Source of the DNA: Dehalococcoidia bacterium
GTDB taxonomy: Bacteria > Chloroflexota > Dehalococcoidia > Lucifugimonadales > Australimonadaceae
DNA length: 64,000 bases
Direction: 5' to 3'
Assembly (NCBI GenBank): GCA_965248455.1
Contig: OZ252105.1
Location: 2,682,722 to 2,746,721, forward strand
Shown: one piece after another, positions 62,751-64,000 of the stretch
Numbering within the stretch: position 1 is the first letter of the stretch
Layout of the letters: the number at the start of each line of letters is the position of its first letter
Program-made: the position numbers and the translations under genes
Notes under the pieces: model-generated
Told to the model about the DNA's origin: nothing
The model's database searches: none
Seen by the model: only the letters and a program-made list of their open reading frames with translations

Positions 62751-62849
62751 CGTTCAGTCGGGTTTCCGTCCCGCCTTCATCGCAATCGCAATGGGGCGGC
62801 AGAACGCTCTACAATCTGCGCAGGCCGCCAGTACGCGGCGGAGGGTTCA

Positions 62850-63911
62850 ATGCCAACAGTTCACCATGACCGACTACGGACCATCGCCGACCGGCTGCTG
62901 CAGTGCGCCGGCGCCGGCGAAGAGGAGGCCGGAATCATCGCGCGCCACGTGATCGGCGCGAACCTCGCAGGCCACGACTCCCATGGAATCATCCAGGCGC
63001 CCACCTACATAGACCGCATCAAGCGGGGCCACATCGTGCCCGGCGCGCCGTTCGACGTCGTCAACGAGACGCCCTCCACGCTGGTGGTGGACGGCCACTG
63101 GGGATTCGGTTACAGCGTTTCGGAGCGCGCGATGCGCCTGACCATCGAGAAAGCCAAGGCGCAGGGCACGGCAGCGGCTACCGTCTACCGGCAGAGCCAC
63201 GTGGGGCGCGTCGCCGACTATCCGCTCATGGCCGTGCGCGAGGGGATGATAGGGCTGATGACCGCCGACTCCGGCAGGACGGCCAAGGCCGTTGCGCCCT
63301 TCGGCGGAAGCGAGCCTCGGCTCGGCACGAACCCCATCTGTGTCGCGGTGCCCAGCAACCTGGAAGGGCCGCTGTTCATCGACATGGCCACGAGCGCGGT
63401 CGCCGCGGGGAAAGTCGAACTCGCCACGGCGCGCGGAACGTCGATCCCCGAGGGGTGGGTGGTCGACAGCGATGGGAACCCCACGACAGACCCTCGCGTG
63501 CTGCGGGAGCAGGGCGGGGCGCTCCTTCCGCTCGGCGGATCCGAGGGGTACAAGGGCTACGGCCTCTCCGTCATTGTCGAGATTCTGTCCGGCATACTGA
63601 CAGGGCTGGGGTTCGGCCACGACCCGCGCGGCTTCCACAACGACGGCTGCTTCATGGCGGTGTTCGACGTGAAGGCATTCCGTCCGCTGGATGAGTTCAA
63701 GCAGCAGGTTACGGACCTCGCAGGCTACCTGAAGGCATCGAAGCGCGCGGCAGGATTCGAGGAGATCCTCTATCCCGGCGAGATCGAGCACCGCAACACG
63801 CAACGGCGTCTGCAGGAGGGCATCTTCGTCGAGGATGCGACCTGGGCGAAGCTGACGACGCTGGCCGCAGAGTACAGCGTCAGCGCCGAGCTGGAGATGG
63901 AAGCGTCGTGA
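62850..63911 (+). CDS. Ldh_2 family oxidoreductase (second paralogue in the window)
   Basis: 353 aa; NLAGHDSHGI, GTNPICVAVP, GSEGYKGYGLS. Confidence 0.85.
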   Translation: MPTVHHDRLRTIADRLLQCAGAGEEEAGIIARHVIGANLAGHDSHGIIQAPTYIDRIKRGHIVPGAPFDVVNETPSTLVVDGHWGFGYSVSERAMRLTIEKAKAQGTAAATVYRQSHVGRVADYPLMAVREGMIGLMTADSGRTAKAVAPFGGSEPRLGTNPICVAVPSNLEGPLFIDMATSAVAAGKVELATARGTSIPEGWVVDSDGNPTTDPRVLREQGGALLPLGGSEGYKGYGLSVIVEILSGILTGLGFGHDPRGFHNDGCFMAVFDVKAFRPLDEFKQQVTDLAGYLKASKRAAGFEEILYPGEIEHRNTQRRLQEGIFVEDATWAKLTTLAAEYSVSAELEMEAS

Positions 63912-63949
63912 TAGACTGAACCTCTGTGTTCGGGTAGCCTGATTCTTCC

Positions 63950-64000
63950 GGCGACGTAGCCAAGTGGTTAAGGCGGAGGTCTGCAAAACCTCTATTCGGC
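63950..64000 (+). tRNA. tRNA-Cys (anticodon GCA), 3' part beyond the window
   Basis: GGCGACGTAGCCAAGTGGTTAAGGCG, anticodon stem-loop GAGGT-CTGCAAA-ACCTC. Confidence 0.75.

Overview
High-GC (roughly 63-66% by eye), tightly packed bacterial chromosomal segment. The gene content (several LLM/F420-type oxidoreductases, many amidohydrolases, at least six MFS transporters) suggests a Chloroflexota/Actinomycetota-like aerobe; this lineage guess is inference only. I support about 58 CDS, 4 tRNAs (Glu, Trp, Leu, partial Cys), several gene remnants and three repeat-filled intergenic regions (about 21.97-23.07 kb, 32.53-33.65 kb, 35.3-35.7 kb). No rRNA, CRISPR, transposase or integrase was recognised. 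Main second-look items: (1) a GrdB/PrdB-family gene with an in-frame TGA, a UxxC motif and a SECIS-like hairpin, i.e. an orphan selenoprotein that an ORF caller splits in two (23576-24754); (2) two tandem units of promoter, ~105-nt four-helix RNA and U-tract terminator, with a compensatory helix change between copies, upstream of a GlcG/Ldh_2/quinone-oxidoreductase operon (15237-15739); (3) a low-GC island with a strong promoter and a lone ParB-like (DGQHR/AIPR-like) defence-type gene, bounded by repeats (33.65-35.3 kb); (4) a scarred mosaic holding a low-GC HExxH protein, a truncated DNA methyltransferase, amidase remnants and a hicAB module (40.65-43.43 kb); (5) a ~240-bp element in inverted copies bracketing 10.4 kb; (6) unusual fusions: acyl-AMP ligase-ACP-acyltransferase, and a triple RidA single chain. 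All functional calls rest on motif recognition by eye; no database search was run.
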